This document shows, piece after piece, positions 25,391 to 35,552 of a stretch of DNA of 64,000 nucleotides. The notes under the pieces were generated by a model. It was not told the DNA's origin. It saw only the letters and a list, made by a program, of their open reading frames with translations, and made no database searches. The stretch is from Candidatus Bipolaricaulota bacterium. Its GTDB lineage: Bacteria > Bipolaricaulota > Bipolaricaulia > Bipolaricaulales > Bipolaricaulaceae. Made by a program: the position numbers and the translations under genes. Location: assembly GCA_037442305.1 (NCBI GenBank), contig JBBIQN010000010.1:394-64393 (forward strand), read 5' to 3'. Numbering within the stretch: the stretch's first letter is position 1; every line of letters starts with the position of its first letter.

Positions 25391-26047
25391 ATGGATCGCC
25401 GAGCGGGGATGATCGAGGTGGCCCACCGGCTCCAGCGCCGGTTCGGCCCTCGGGATCGTGAGGACCCCGAGCCCCCCCTCGATCTCCTCGTGCGGACCAT
25501 TCTTTCCCAGAACACGTCCGACCGCAACCGGGACCACGCCTACGCCGAGCTCCGCTCGAAGTTCCCGACCTGGGAAAACGTCCTCGCCGCCCCGGAGCGC
25601 GAGGTCGCCCGCGCGATCCAGGGAGCGGGCCTGCATCGCCAGCGAGCCAAGCGCCTCCACGCCGTCCTCGGTCGGCTCCGCGACGAACGAGGGGCTCTCT
25701 CTCTGGAGCTCCTCGCCCGGCTCCCGGACGACGAGGCCGCGGGCTGGCTCCTCTCCCTGCCCGGGGTGGGGAAGAAGACGGCGTACGTCGTCCTCCTGTT
25801 TGGGTTCGGTCGCCCGTTCTTCCCGGTGGACACGCACATCGCACGGGTCACAAAACGACTGGGCTTCATGGATGGAAAGGGCGATCCTCATGACGCCCTC
25901 GCCCCGCTCGTTCCGCGGGGCAAGGAGCTCGAACTTCACCTCCACCTGATCCGCCTCGGGCGGGAGACCTGCCGACCCCAGAAGCCCCGCTGCGGGACCT
26001 GCCCCCTACATGATCTCTGCCCTCACGGGCACAAGGAGACTCGATGA
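25391..26047 (+). CDS. nth: Endonuclease III / HhH-GPD glycosylase
   Basis: ILSQNTSD, LPGVGKKTA, VDTH, CRPQKPRCGTCPLHDLC. Confidence 0.9.
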   Translation: MDRRAGMIEVAHRLQRRFGPRDREDPEPPLDLLVRTILSQNTSDRNRDHAYAELRSKFPTWENVLAAPEREVARAIQGAGLHRQRAKRLHAVLGRLRDERGALSLELLARLPDDEAAGWLLSLPGVGKKTAYVVLLFGFGRPFFPVDTHIARVTKRLGFMDGKGDPHDALAPLVPRGKELELHLHLIRLGRETCRPQKPRCGTCPLHDLCPHGHKETR

Positions 26048-26589
26048 CGCGAGAACAAGCCCTCAAGCTCGTTCAGCAAAGGGTGAGGACGAAGAACCTC
26101 GTCAAGCACATGCTGGCTGTGGAAGCGGGGATGCGCGCCCTCGGCCCCCGGTTCGGGGGCGACCCGGATCGGTGGGCTCTGGCCGGGCTCCTCCACGACC
26201 TCGACTACGAGGAGACGAAGGACCGGCCCGATGTCCACGGCTACCGCACGGTCGAGATCCTCCGGGGCTTGGGATTCGCGGACGAGGAGATCCTCCAGGC
26301 GATCCTCGCCCATGCCGGGCACAGGGATCCGCGCGAGCCGATGGAGATCGCCCTCACCGCGGTGGACCCCCTCACCGGGCTCATCGTTGCCGCCGCCCTC
26401 GTCCACCCCGAGCGAATCGGGGGCCTCACCCCCCACAACGTCCTCAACCGGTACCGAGAGAAGGGGTTCGCCCGGTCCGCGTCGCGGGACGGGATCGCCC
26501 TCGGAACCCGGCTCGGCCTCACCCTCGAGGAGTTCGTGGCCGCGGTCCTGTCGGCGATGCAGGGAATCGCCCCCGAGCTTGGGCTGTGA
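26044..26589 (+). CDS. HD-domain phosphohydrolase
   Basis: KHMLAVEA, GLLHDLDYE. Confidence 0.85.
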   Translation: MTREQALKLVQQRVRTKNLVKHMLAVEAGMRALGPRFGGDPDRWALAGLLHDLDYEETKDRPDVHGYRTVEILRGLGFADEEILQAILAHAGHRDPREPMEIALTAVDPLTGLIVAAALVHPERIGGLTPHNVLNRYREKGFARSASRDGIALGTRLGLTLEEFVAAVLSAMQGIAPELGL

Positions 26590-26798
26590 GGCCCCGCCTC
26601 ACCGCGAGCTCGCCTCGGACACGCCGGGCAGAACGAGGAGCTCCGGGCGCTGCGCCTTCCCACCCTGTCCGCAGCGGCCACGGCGTGGTTGGCGTGGCCG
26701 GGGATGAGGCGCTCGACCAGGTTCAGAGCAAGCAAGACGACCAGGGCCGCGGCCGCCACCGGGATCCCGGCCGCCGGCTCCCACGCCTCCACGGCCCC

Positions 26799-27974
26799 CT
26801 AGATCACCCCGAGCTTGCGGCCCACCCGGGCGAACTTGCTCAGGGCGAAGTCCAGGTCCTCCTGGGTGTGGACCGCGGACGCCATCACCCGAATCCGCGC
26901 CCTGCCCCGCGGCACCGTGGGGAACACGATCGCCTGCGCGAAGACCTCCTCCGCGAACAGGTCCCGGGAGAACTGCCATGCCGTCGGCGCTTCGCCCAAC
27001 ATCACCGGCGTGATCGGCGTTTGGGAGTTCCCGATGTCGAACCCGAGCTCGACCATCTTCCCCTTGAAGTACCGGGCGTTGTCCCACAGCGTCTGCACCC
27101 GCTCGTCGCTCTTCTCCAGGATCTCCACCGCCGCGATGCACGCCGCCACATCGGCCGGTGTCGCCGCGCTCGAGAACAGGAACGGCCGCGCCCGCTGCCG
27201 GAGGTACTCCACGATCTCCCGCTTTCCGGCGAGGTAGCCTCCCATGACGCCAAACGCCTTGGACAAGGTGCCCATCTCGATGTCCACCCGCCCCTGGAGG
27301 CCGAAGTGGTCGGCGATCCCCCGCCCGTAGGAGCCGAGCACGCCCTCGCCGTGCGCGTCGTCCACCATCACCAGAGCGTCGAACTCCTCCGCCACGGCCA
27401 CGATCCCTGGAAGGGGCGCAAGGTCCCCGTCCATGGAGAACACGCCGTCGGTGACGATCAGCTTGCGGGGCGCGTCCTTCTTCTCCGCGAGGGCCTTGCG
27501 GAGGGCGTCCACGTCCCCGTGCGGATAGATCACGCGCTCGGCCTTGGAGAGCCGGCACGCGTCAATGATCGAGGCGTGGTTCAGCTCGTCCGTGAACAGG
27601 ACATGGCCCGCCCCCACGAGGGTCGGGATCGCGGCTAGGTTCGAGCAGAAACCGGACTGAAACGTGATCGCGTCCTCGGCCCCCTTGAACTGAGCGAGCT
27701 TACGCTCGAACTCGACGTGGAGGGACATCGTGCCCGCGATGGACCTCACCGCCGCTGGACCGACCCCGTACTGATCCAAAGCTCTGTGCGCCGCTTCTTT
27801 GAGCCGCGGGTCATCGGCAAACCCAAGGTAGTTGTTCGAGCACATGTTGAGGACCCTCTTCCCATCCACAACGGTCCACGCCCCGACGGAACTCCCGATG
27901 GTGCGGATCGTGTTGTAGAGCCCTTGCGTCTTGAGTTCAATGAGCTCGGCGGTGACGAAATCGTACTTTCCCAT
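26799..27974 (-). CDS. kbl: Glycine C-acetyltransferase (2-amino-3-ketobutyrate CoA ligase; BioF/Kbl family)
   Basis: [38 protein letters not shown]; divergent from tdh. Confidence 0.88.
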   Translation of the reverse strand: MGKYDFVTAELIELKTQGLYNTIRTIGSSVGAWTVVDGKRVLNMCSNNYLGFADDPRLKEAAHRALDQYGVGPAAVRSIAGTMSLHVEFERKLAQFKGAEDAITFQSGFCSNLAAIPTLVGAGHVLFTDELNHASIIDACRLSKAERVIYPHGDVDALRKALAEKKDAPRKLIVTDGVFSMDGDLAPLPGIVAVAEEFDALVMVDDAHGEGVLGSYGRGIADHFGLQGRVDIEMGTLSKAFGVMGGYLAGKREIVEYLRQRARPFLFSSAATPADVAACIAAVEILEKSDERVQTLWDNARYFKGKMVELGFDIGNSQTPITPVMLGEAPTAWQFSRDLFAEEVFAQAIVFPTVPRGRARIRVMASAVHTQEDLDFALSKFARVGRKLGVI

Positions 27975-28071
27975 TCTCCCTCCTCGCGGCCAGCTTACCG
28001 GGCGCCCCTCGTCCGATCAAACACAGTCCCGTACAATCCCGTCGCAGAAGGTGGACACCGGAGGCGATGGC

Positions 28072-29037
28072 ATGAAGGTCTTGGTTACAGGAGCAATGGG
28101 TCAGATCGGATCTGAGCTTACGCTTGCGCTACGGCGGCGGTACGGAGACACCGAGGTCGTCGCATCGGACAGAAGGCCTAGTGCGGGCAAGCTGCTTTCC
28201 TCAGGCCCATTCGTGCGCCTTGACGTCACAGATCGCGCGGCACTGGAGCGCGTGGTGCGCGACCATCGCATCGAGGCTATCTACCACCTCGCCGCGGTGC
28301 TCTCCGCCACTGGCGAACAGGATCCCGGACGGGCATGGGATATCAACGTGAACGGCCTATACAACGTCCTGGAGGTCGCGCGCCAATGCGGCCTGGCCCA
28401 GGTCTTCCACCCCAGCTCGATCGCCGTGTTCGGTCCCCTCACCCCCCGCGACAAGACCCCGCAAGACACGGTGCTTTCCCCCACCACGATGTACGGCGTG
28501 ACGAAGGTCACGGGAGAGCATCTCGCGGACTACTACGCGCGGCGGCACAAGCTCGATGTGCGCGCGCTACGGTACCCCGGGATCATCTCTAGCGAGACCC
28601 CGCCCGGCGGCGGAACGACGGACTACGCCGTGGAGATGTTCTACTTCGCTGTGGAGGGGAGACGGTATACGTGCTTTGTGCGCGAGGACACGATGCTTCC
28701 GATGATGTTCATGTCGGACTGCCTGAGGGCCGCGCTTGACCTCATGGCCGCCCCCAGCGCCGGCCTCCGCTACCGGACCTACAACGTGACCGGGATGAGC
28801 TTCACCGCTTCCGAGCTTGCCGCGGAGATTCGCACGCACGTCCCCGAATTCCGAATCGAGTACCAGCCCGACTTCCGCCAAGCGATCGCCGACTCTTGGC
28901 CTCGCTCGATCGACGATTCGGCAGCGCGGAAGGACTGGGGGTGGACGCCCCGCTACGGGCTTCGGGAGATGGTGCCGGAAATGCTCGCTGCCCTCGTTCG
29001 CCGCAAGGCCGCGGGGTGCCTCAACCCTGGGGGCTAG
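28072..29037 (+). CDS. L-threonine 3-dehydrogenase (SDR type)
   Basis: GAMGQIG, LSATGE, PSSIA, YGVTK, PGGGTTDY, IADSWP. Confidence 0.88.
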   Translation: MKVLVTGAMGQIGSELTLALRRRYGDTEVVASDRRPSAGKLLSSGPFVRLDVTDRAALERVVRDHRIEAIYHLAAVLSATGEQDPGRAWDINVNGLYNVLEVARQCGLAQVFHPSSIAVFGPLTPRDKTPQDTVLSPTTMYGVTKVTGEHLADYYARRHKLDVRALRYPGIISSETPPGGGTTDYAVEMFYFAVEGRRYTCFVREDTMLPMMFMSDCLRAALDLMAAPSAGLRYRTYNVTGMSFTASELAAEIRTHVPEFRIEYQPDFRQAIADSWPRSIDDSAARKDWGWTPRYGLREMVPEMLAALVRRKAAGCLNPGG

Positions 29038-29414
29038 GAGGAGAGGTAGGCCACAGCCTCGACCTCAATCTGAGCATCCCGGGGAAGGCGGGAGACTTCC
29101 ACACACACCCGGGCGGGAAGGTCGCCGGCGAAGAACGCGGCATAGGCCGTGTTCATGGCCGCAAAATCGTTCATATCCGTGAGGTAGACCGTGACCCTGA
29201 CGAGATCGCGGAGCGTCCCCCCCGCGGCCTGAACGATCCGAGCGACGTTGCCCAGGCACTGCCGGGTCTGGTCCTCGATCGGCCCCCGAACAAGTTCGCC
29301 GGTCGGAAGGACAGGAAGCTGCCCAGAAACAAACAAGAACGCGCCCGCCTGCACCCCGGGGGAATAGGGGCCGGCGACCGCCGTTCCCGGGGGGACCACC
29401 GGTCGGCCGGACAC
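29034..29414 (-). CDS. ridA: RidA/YjgF enamine deaminase
   Basis: GPYS, FVSGQLP, PAR..V.V..LP, IEVEA. Confidence 0.92.
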   Translation of the reverse strand: MSGRPVVPPGTAVAGPYSPGVQAGAFLFVSGQLPVLPTGELVRGPIEDQTRQCLGNVARIVQAAGGTLRDLVRVTVYLTDMNDFAAMNTAYAAFFAGDLPARVCVEVSRLPRDAQIEVEAVAYLSS

Positions 29415-29415
29415 G

Positions 29416-29766
29416 CTAGGTCCAGGTGAGGCGGGCCATCTCCGCCCCATCTCCCCGGCGCGGCCCGAGCTTGAGGACGCGGGTGTACCCACCCTCGCGG
29501 TCGCGGTACTGAGGGCCAAGCTCCGCAAACAGCTTCGCCGTGGCTTCCTTGTCGTGCAGGACGGAAAACGCCCGTCGCTGCGCGGCTTGGTCTCCCTTCC
29601 GAGCCCAAGTCACGAGCCGCTCCACAAGCGCCTGGGTTGCCTTGGCCCGGGCGGGCGTCGTGTCCACTTTGCCGTACAGGATCAAGTCCTTTGCCTGACC
29701 CGCAAGCACCGCCTTTCTGCGGTCGCGCGTCATGCTAAGCTTGGGTACCTTGCAGCGGTGGCGCAT
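29416..29766 (-). CDS. rplQ: 50S ribosomal protein L17
   Basis: MRH, REGGYTRVLK, RRGDGAEMA. Confidence 0.97.
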   Translation of the reverse strand: MRHRCKVPKLSMTRDRRKAVLAGQAKDLILYGKVDTTPARAKATQALVERLVTWARKGDQAAQRRAFSVLHDKEATAKLFAELGPQYRDREGGYTRVLKLGPRRGDGAEMARLTWT

Positions 29767-30701
29767 CAGTCCTCCTTTTCCGAACGCAGGGGGTAACCGA
29801 GCTCAGCAAGGTGCTCCTCCAAACGGGCCAGTGTCTTCTCCCCGAACCCGTGGATGTCCGACACCTCCTCCCGTGTCCTCGCGAGGAGATCCTGGAGGGT
29901 GATGACCCCTTCCTCCCGCAGGAGGTTGCAGGCGCGGACCTCAAACCCTAGCTCCACCAGCGGCTGGAGCATCTCTTCTGCGACCTCAGGCCCCGCCTCG
30001 TCTCTCCCCTCTTCCCCGCGGGCTCCGCTGAGCACAACAAGGTGGTCGCGCAACACCTGGACCGCCTGGCTCACGGCTTCAACCGGGGTGATCGCCCCGT
30101 TCGTCCACACATCAAACAGCAGCCGCTCGTAGCCAGAGCGCCCTCCGACCCGGGTCGCTTCCACCGTGAAGTTGATGCGCTCGATGGGGGAGAAGTCCGC
30201 GTCCACCGGGACTAACGACACAGGGGCATCGTCTCGCTTGTTTTCCTCAGCGGTGCGGAAGCCGCGCCCCACCTCGACCTCCATTTCGAGCTCCAGCTTC
30301 CCCTTCTTCTCCAAGGTAGCAATCACGTGGTCGGGGTTGGCAATCGTGATGCCGGTTGGCGTCTCGATGTCGCCCGCCTTGACCTCCCCCGGGCCGACCG
30401 CACTTAGGTACAGGCGGTGGAGGGCCTCGTTCTCGCTCCGAATGGCAAGCCCCTTCAAGTTTAGGATGATGTGAAGCACGTCCTCCTGCACGCCGGCGAT
30501 CGTGTCGTACTCGTGGAACCGCCCGGGGAACATGACCCGCACCACAGCTGCCCCCGGAATCGCCGACAGGAGAACCCGCCGCAGGGCATTTCCCAGTGTC
30601 GTGCCGTAGCCCCGCTCCAGCGGAGCTACAGCCAGCCTCCCGTAGCAGGACTCGACGGGCTCAACCCAATGGGCCGCTTCCGGATAGACAAAAGGAGCCA
30701 T
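29766..30701 (-). CDS. rpoA: RNA polymerase alpha subunit
   Basis: PLERGYGTTLGNALRRVLLS; alpha-CTD present. Confidence 0.98.
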   Translation of the reverse strand: MAPFVYPEAAHWVEPVESCYGRLAVAPLERGYGTTLGNALRRVLLSAIPGAAVVRVMFPGRFHEYDTIAGVQEDVLHIILNLKGLAIRSENEALHRLYLSAVGPGEVKAGDIETPTGITIANPDHVIATLEKKGKLELEMEVEVGRGFRTAEENKRDDAPVSLVPVDADFSPIERINFTVEATRVGGRSGYERLLFDVWTNGAITPVEAVSQAVQVLRDHLVVLSGARGEEGRDEAGPEVAEEMLQPLVELGFEVRACNLLREEGVITLQDLLARTREEVSDIHGFGEKTLARLEEHLAELGYPLRSEKED

Positions 30702-30702
30702 C

Positions 30703-31326
30703 TTACCTCGAGTAGAACTCGACGATCAGGTTCATCTTCACAGACTGTTCTAGTTCCTCGACGCTGGGTTCCGCATTCACCTGGATGCGCAGTCCCTCAA
30801 GGTCGCGGATGAGCCAGCCTGGCACAGGGCGGCGCTCCGCGGCGGCCTTGATCTGGGACCGCATCTTGTCGCGTGACTGCGCCTTCAGCTCAATGATGTC
30901 CCCTTCCTCCGCAAGGTACGAGGCGACATCGGTGGGCTGGCCGTTCACCAGGAAGTGGCCGTGGCCCACGAGCTGCCGGGCCTGGTTGCGGGAATTGGCG
31001 AACCCCGCCCGGTACACAACGTTGTCCAGGCGCTTCTCCAGTTGCTTCAGGATCGCCTCGCCGGTAACGCCCTTCCACTTCTTGCCCGCCTCGACGTAGC
31101 GCCGGAACTGCGCCTCCCGCACGCCGTACATCTTCTTTAGCTTCTGTTTCTCGCGGATCCGGAGTGCGTAGGGGGTCGCCCGGCGGCGGAAGCGGCTGTG
31201 CTGCCCTGGAACCTGAGGCCTTCTCGCAACCGGGCACTGTGCCGAGTAGCAGCGATCGCCTCGCAAGAAGAGCTTCACGCCCTCTCGCCTGCACATCCTG
31301 CATTTGGGACCCACATACCTGCCCAT
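30703..31326 (-). CDS. rpsD: 30S ribosomal protein S4
   Basis: CRMCRREG, REKQK, RLDNVVYR. Confidence 0.98.
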   Translation of the reverse strand: MGRYVGPKCRMCRREGVKLFLRGDRCYSAQCPVARRPQVPGQHSRFRRRATPYALRIREKQKLKKMYGVREAQFRRYVEAGKKWKGVTGEAILKQLEKRLDNVVYRAGFANSRNQARQLVGHGHFLVNGQPTDVASYLAEEGDIIELKAQSRDKMRSQIKAAAERRPVPGWLIRDLEGLRIQVNAEPSVEELEQSVKMNLIVEFYSR

Positions 31327-31338
31327 GGTTGCTTCCTC

Positions 31339-31686
31339 CTAACTGTGGCTTACTGGGGTCACGTTCCGCACTTCCTCGACCTGGATCCCCAGCGAGCGAA
31401 GCGTCTGCACCACCGCCTGCCGTCCCGACCCCGTGCCGTCCACGGTCACGATCACCGACCTCACCCCGTACTCCTTGAGCTCGCGGGCAAGGGCCTGGGT
31501 CGCAAGCTGGGCCGCGTAGGGCGTGCCCTTGCGCGAGCCGGTGAACCCCGCCGTCCCCCCTGACTTCCAGCTCACCGTGTTCCCGTTGAGGTCTGTCACG
31601 GTGACGATCGTGTTGTTGAACGTGGAATGGATGTGCACCCGTGCTCGATCGAGTCGAATTGCCCTCTTCTTCCGTGCCTGGGCCAT
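31339..31686 (-). CDS. rpsK: 30S ribosomal protein S11 (short C-terminus)
   Basis: HIHSTFNNTIVT, GSRKGTPYAAQ; ends NVTPVSHS*. Confidence 0.96.
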   Translation of the reverse strand: MAQARKKRAIRLDRARVHIHSTFNNTIVTVTDLNGNTVSWKSGGTAGFTGSRKGTPYAAQLATQALARELKEYGVRSVIVTVDGTGSGRQAVVQTLRSLGIQVEEVRNVTPVSHS

Positions 31687-32051
31687 TACTTCCTCTTCCC
31701 GGCCTTCGCCGGCCGCGGCCCTTTCCACGTGCGCGCGTTCGTCCTTGTCTTCTGCCCCCGCACGGGAAGACCAGCCTTGTGCCGGAGGCCGCGGTAACAT
31801 CCGGTGTCGATCAACCGCTGGACGTTGGCGCGGACCTGCCGTCGCAGGTCTCCCTCCACGAGCTGGGACTCGACCTCACGCCGCAGGGCGGTCACGTCGT
31901 GTTCGATGAGGTCCATCACCTTCGTATCCGGAGCCACCCCGGTCCGCTTGAGGATCTCCCGCGCCCGCGATGGCCCGATCCCGTAGATGTAGGTCAGGGC
32001 CACTGCGATTTGTTTTTTCGCCGGAAGGTTGATGCCCGCGATCCTCGCCAT
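31686..32051 (-). CDS. rpsM: 30S ribosomal protein S13
   Basis: [25 protein letters not shown]. Confidence 0.98.
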   Translation of the reverse strand: MARIAGINLPAKKQIAVALTYIYGIGPSRAREILKRTGVAPDTKVMDLIEHDVTALRREVESQLVEGDLRRQVRANVQRLIDTGCYRGLRHKAGLPVRGQKTRTNARTWKGPRPAKAGKRK

Positions 32052-32054
32052 ACC

Positions 32055-32168
32055 CTACCCCTGCCGCTGTTTGTGCTTTGGGTTGCGGCACACCACCCAC
32101 AACCGTCCCGTGCGGCGGATGACCCGGCACTTTTCACAGATCTTCTTCACTGAACTCCGGACCTTCAT
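32055..32168 (-). CDS. rpmJ: 50S ribosomal protein L36
   Basis: Read directly: [37 protein letters not shown]. Confidence 0.97.
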   Translation of the reverse strand: MKVRSSVKKICEKCRVIRRTGRLWVVCRNPKHKQRQG

Positions 32169-32177
32169 CCACGCCTC

Positions 32178-32396
32178 CTACGTCTCCCGATACACGATAC
32201 GGCCCCGCGTGAGGTCGTAGGGGGAGAACTCCACGACCACTCGATCCCCCACCACCACCCGGATGAAGTTCTTCCGCATCCGGCCCGAGGCTACACACAG
32301 CGCATCGTGTTCGTTGTCCAGTCGCACCCGGTACATCGAATCGGGGAGGACTTCCCTCACCTCTCCCCGCGCCCGGATCACGTCCTTCTTCGACAA
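32178..32396 (-). CDS. infA: Translation initiation factor IF-1
   Basis: TTG start; SGRMRKNFIR, SPYDLTRGRI. Confidence 0.96.
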   Translation of the reverse strand: MSKKDVIRARGEVREVLPDSMYRVRLDNEHDALCVASGRMRKNFIRVVVGDRVVVEFSPYDLTRGRIVYRET

Positions 32397-33154
32397 AAGG
32401 CCTCCCACATCCCACCCGTCAGCACACGGGGACCACCTGCGGTAACGACAATCATTTCCTCGTAGTGCGCCGCAAGCGCGCCGCTCGCCGTGACCGCTGT
32501 CCACCCGTCATCCCGAATGCGAACCGCAAGATCGTCTCCCTTCACCATGGGCTCGGGGCAGAGAACCATTCCGTCTCGGAGGACCATCCCTTGGCCCCCC
32601 TCCCCGAAATTCGGTATCTGCGGATCCTCGTGAAGCTCGTGGCCGATCCCGTGCCCCACGAACTCCCGGACCACGTAAAACCCTTGGCTTGCCACGTAGG
32701 AGCCAACGGCATGAGACAGATCCGAAACGTGCCGGTCAAGTCTAGCAGCCTTGATCGCTTCCCGCAAGGCACCCCGCGTTACCTCAAGCAGTCGCTCCGC
32801 CTCGGGGGAGATCCGCCCTACCCCCACCGTGAGCGCAGCGTCGGCGCAGTAGCCCTCACGCTTGAGACCCAAATCAAGGGACACGATATCTCCCGCGCGC
32901 AGCCGGCGCTCAGACGGGATCCCGTGAACGATTTCCTCGTTCACAGACGCGCACAGGGTAGCGGGGTACCCTCGGTAACCCTTGAACGCCGGACGAGCAC
33001 CTGCCCCAAGGATCCGCCCCTCGGCCAGGCGGTCCAGCGCTCTTGTCTCAATTCCCGGCCGCACCCGAAGGGCTACCTCGACCAAGATCTCCGCCAGGAG
33101 CTCGGCGTTCCTGGCCACCACCTCGATCTCCGCTTCCGTCTTGAGGGCGATCAC
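32378..33154 (-). CDS. map: Methionine aminopeptidase, type I
   Basis: SVNEEIVHGIP, GHGIG..LHEDP, EPM. Confidence 0.96.
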   Translation of the reverse strand: MIALKTEAEIEVVARNAELLAEILVEVALRVRPGIETRALDRLAEGRILGAGARPAFKGYRGYPATLCASVNEEIVHGIPSERRLRAGDIVSLDLGLKREGYCADAALTVGVGRISPEAERLLEVTRGALREAIKAARLDRHVSDLSHAVGSYVASQGFYVVREFVGHGIGHELHEDPQIPNFGEGGQGMVLRDGMVLCPEPMVKGDDLAVRIRDDGWTAVTASGALAAHYEEMIVVTAGGPRVLTGGMWEAFCRRRT

Positions 33155-33774
33155 GACTGGAGCGCGTGGATGGCGTCAGAGGCCACCGCGTCGGGGGGGC
33201 GCGCCCCGTCCACCGTGACCAGCACGCCCTGCCGGGCGTAGTGGTCCACAAGAGGGCGAGAATCCCCCTCGTAGACCTCGTACCGCCGGCGGATCACGTC
33301 CGGGCAGTCGTCCGGCCGCTGCACAAGCTCCCTGCCACAGCGGTCGCACCGCCCCGCCCTCTTGGGCGGCTGCGTGATCAGGTTGTACACCGCCCCACAG
33401 CTCGCGCAGACCCGACGACTCCCCAGCCGCCGCACGACCTCGTCTTTGCCCACCACAAGGTACACCACCACGTGCACAGGAAGAAACTTCGCCAGCCCTT
33501 CTGCCTGAGCAAGGGTGCGGGGGAACCCATCGAACAGAACGCCGCACTTTCGGTCGACCCTCTCCCGAACCATGGCCAGGATCACATCGTCAGGAACAAG
33601 CTCCCCACGGGCCATGTACCCTTGCGCAAGTCGCCCCAGCCCTGTCTCCCGTGCCACCTCGTCCCGCAGTACATCGCCGGTGGAGAGGTGGAGGAGCCCG
33701 AGCTCCCTCGCCACGCGAGCAGCAATCGTCCCCTTCCCCGCCCCCGGTGGCCCGAGGAGGACGATATTCCTCAC
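33151..33774 (-). CDS. adk: Adenylate kinase (Zn-LID)
   Basis: GPPGAGKGT, DGFPR, CASC...CDRC. Confidence 0.97.
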   Translation of the reverse strand: MRNIVLLGPPGAGKGTIAARVARELGLLHLSTGDVLRDEVARETGLGRLAQGYMARGELVPDDVILAMVRERVDRKCGVLFDGFPRTLAQAEGLAKFLPVHVVVYLVVGKDEVVRRLGSRRVCASCGAVYNLITQPPKRAGRCDRCGRELVQRPDDCPDVIRRRYEVYEGDSRPLVDHYARQGVLVTVDGARPPDAVASDAIHALQS

Positions 33775-35066
33775 AAGCCCTTCCTCCCCAGGAACGCCGA
33801 GCCCTTGACGAGGGATTCGTACTGTCGCATCACAAGGTGGGCCTCGATCTGCATGATCGTGTCGATGCCCACCCCGACGAGGATCAGAATCGAGGTCCCA
33901 CCGATCGAGAACCCGCGCAAGCCGGAGGCAGCAGAGAAAATGTAGGGAAGCACCGCGATCCCCGCCAAAAACACGCCCCCGACGAGGAGGAGTCGATTCG
34001 TTACTTCTGCCAGATGGTCCGCCGTTGGCTGCCCCGGTCGAACCCCCGGGACGAACCCGCCTGCCTCGCGGAGGTTCTTCGCGATGTCACTCGGATCGAA
34101 CACAAGCGACGAGTAGAAGTACGTGAAGAAGAAGATGAGGAGAACATAGGCCACAAGGTAGATTACTCCCCCTGGGGCGACGTAGCTCTGCAGCCAGTTG
34201 AGCTGGGGAATCCACGTCGCGATCGAACTCGGGAGGGTCAGAATCGCCGACGCGAAGATGATCGGGATCACTCCGCCCTGGTTCACCCGCAGCGGGAGAT
34301 GGGTCGTGTGCCCCCCGTACACCCGGCGGCCGGAGGTGCGCTTGGCGTACTGGATGACGATCTTCCGCTGGCCCTGTTGAATGATAACGGTGAGGGCGAC
34401 TACGGCCACGAACAGGACGACGAGCCCGATCCCCCACAGGGGGTGGACCGTCCCTGCGGAGATCTCCAGAGCTGCGCTCTGGAACTCTGCGGGCAGACGG
34501 GCCACGATCCCAGCCATGATCAGCATCGAGACCCCGTTCCCGATCCCGTTCTCCGTCATCCGTTCCCCGATCCACATCAGGAAGACGGTGCCAGCGGTGA
34601 ACGCGATGATCGTGCCCAGGAAGTACACGAAGTTCGGGTTCGGAACTACACCGCTCTGTTCGGCAAGGGCGGCCATCGCGTAGGACTGGACCAGAGCCAG
34701 GCCTACCGTCCCCCACCGCGTGTACTGGGTGAGTTTCTTCCGACCTTCGCGCCCCTCCTCCTGAAGCTTTTTGAGACGGGGAAAGACCGGCACGAGAAGG
34801 GACAGAATGATCGAGGCGTTGATGTAGGGAATGACCCCAAGCGAGAACAGCGAGAACTGCTCCAGCGCCCCCCCGGTGAACATGTTGATGAAGCCGAACA
34901 GTCCCGCCCCGAATGCGCCGGCGAGCACGTCCGCCAGCTGTTTCGTGTCCACACCCGGCACGGGGATGTGGGCCCCGATGCGGAACACAAGGAGCATCCC
35001 CAGGGTGTAGAGGATCCTCCGCCGCAGCTCCTCCACCGCGAACAACTGCCCGATCCGCCCCAGCAC
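33771..35066 (-). CDS. secY: Preprotein translocase SecY
   Basis: SLFSLGVIPYINASII, GIGNGVS, PGVRPG. Confidence 0.98.
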   Translation of the reverse strand: MLGRIGQLFAVEELRRRILYTLGMLLVFRIGAHIPVPGVDTKQLADVLAGAFGAGLFGFINMFTGGALEQFSLFSLGVIPYINASIILSLLVPVFPRLKKLQEEGREGRKKLTQYTRWGTVGLALVQSYAMAALAEQSGVVPNPNFVYFLGTIIAFTAGTVFLMWIGERMTENGIGNGVSMLIMAGIVARLPAEFQSAALEISAGTVHPLWGIGLVVLFVAVVALTVIIQQGQRKIVIQYAKRTSGRRVYGGHTTHLPLRVNQGGVIPIIFASAILTLPSSIATWIPQLNWLQSYVAPGGVIYLVAYVLLIFFFTYFYSSLVFDPSDIAKNLREAGGFVPGVRPGQPTADHLAEVTNRLLLVGGVFLAGIAVLPYIFSAASGLRGFSIGGTSILILVGVGIDTIMQIEAHLVMRQYESLVKGSAFLGRKGL

Positions 35067-35552
35067 CTACGCCTCCCCGCTCGAACCGGATTCCGCCGGA
35101 AGCGGCTCTCCCTCCGCCCGTCCGCCCGCCGCCTCGATCTTCTCCCGGGCTGTCCGGCTGAACCGATCCGCCTTCACCCGAAGCGCCTTCGTGAGCTCCC
35201 CTTGGCCCAGGACCTTGAGGCCATCCTTGGGGTCCTTCACCAGCCCCCGCGCAGCGAGCACATCAAGCGAGACTTCATCTCCCGCCGCAAAATGGACGTC
35301 CAGATCGCCGACGTTCACCACGGCGTACTCGACCCGCCCTACGTTCTGGAACCCCCGCTTGGGGAACCTCATCCAGAACGGGGTCTGACCGCCCTCGTAG
35401 CCCGGACGGACCGTGACCCCGGATCGGGACTTCTGGCCCTTCGTTCCCTTGCCGGACTCGTGGCCACCGTGGCCGGAGCTATAGCCCCGTCCCACCCGTT
35501 TGCGGCCCCGCTTGCTCCCCGGGGCCGGGCGCAGGTTATCGAGCCTCCACAT
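35067..35552 (-). CDS. rplO: 50S ribosomal protein L15
   Basis: RVGRG, KGQKSR, EGGQTP. Confidence 0.96.
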   Translation of the reverse strand: MWRLDNLRPAPGSKRGRKRVGRGYSSGHGGHESGKGTKGQKSRSGVTVRPGYEGGQTPFWMRFPKRGFQNVGRVEYAVVNVGDLDVHFAAGDEVSLDVLAARGLVKDPKDGLKVLGQGELTKALRVKADRFSRTAREKIEAAGGRAEGEPLPAESGSSGEA

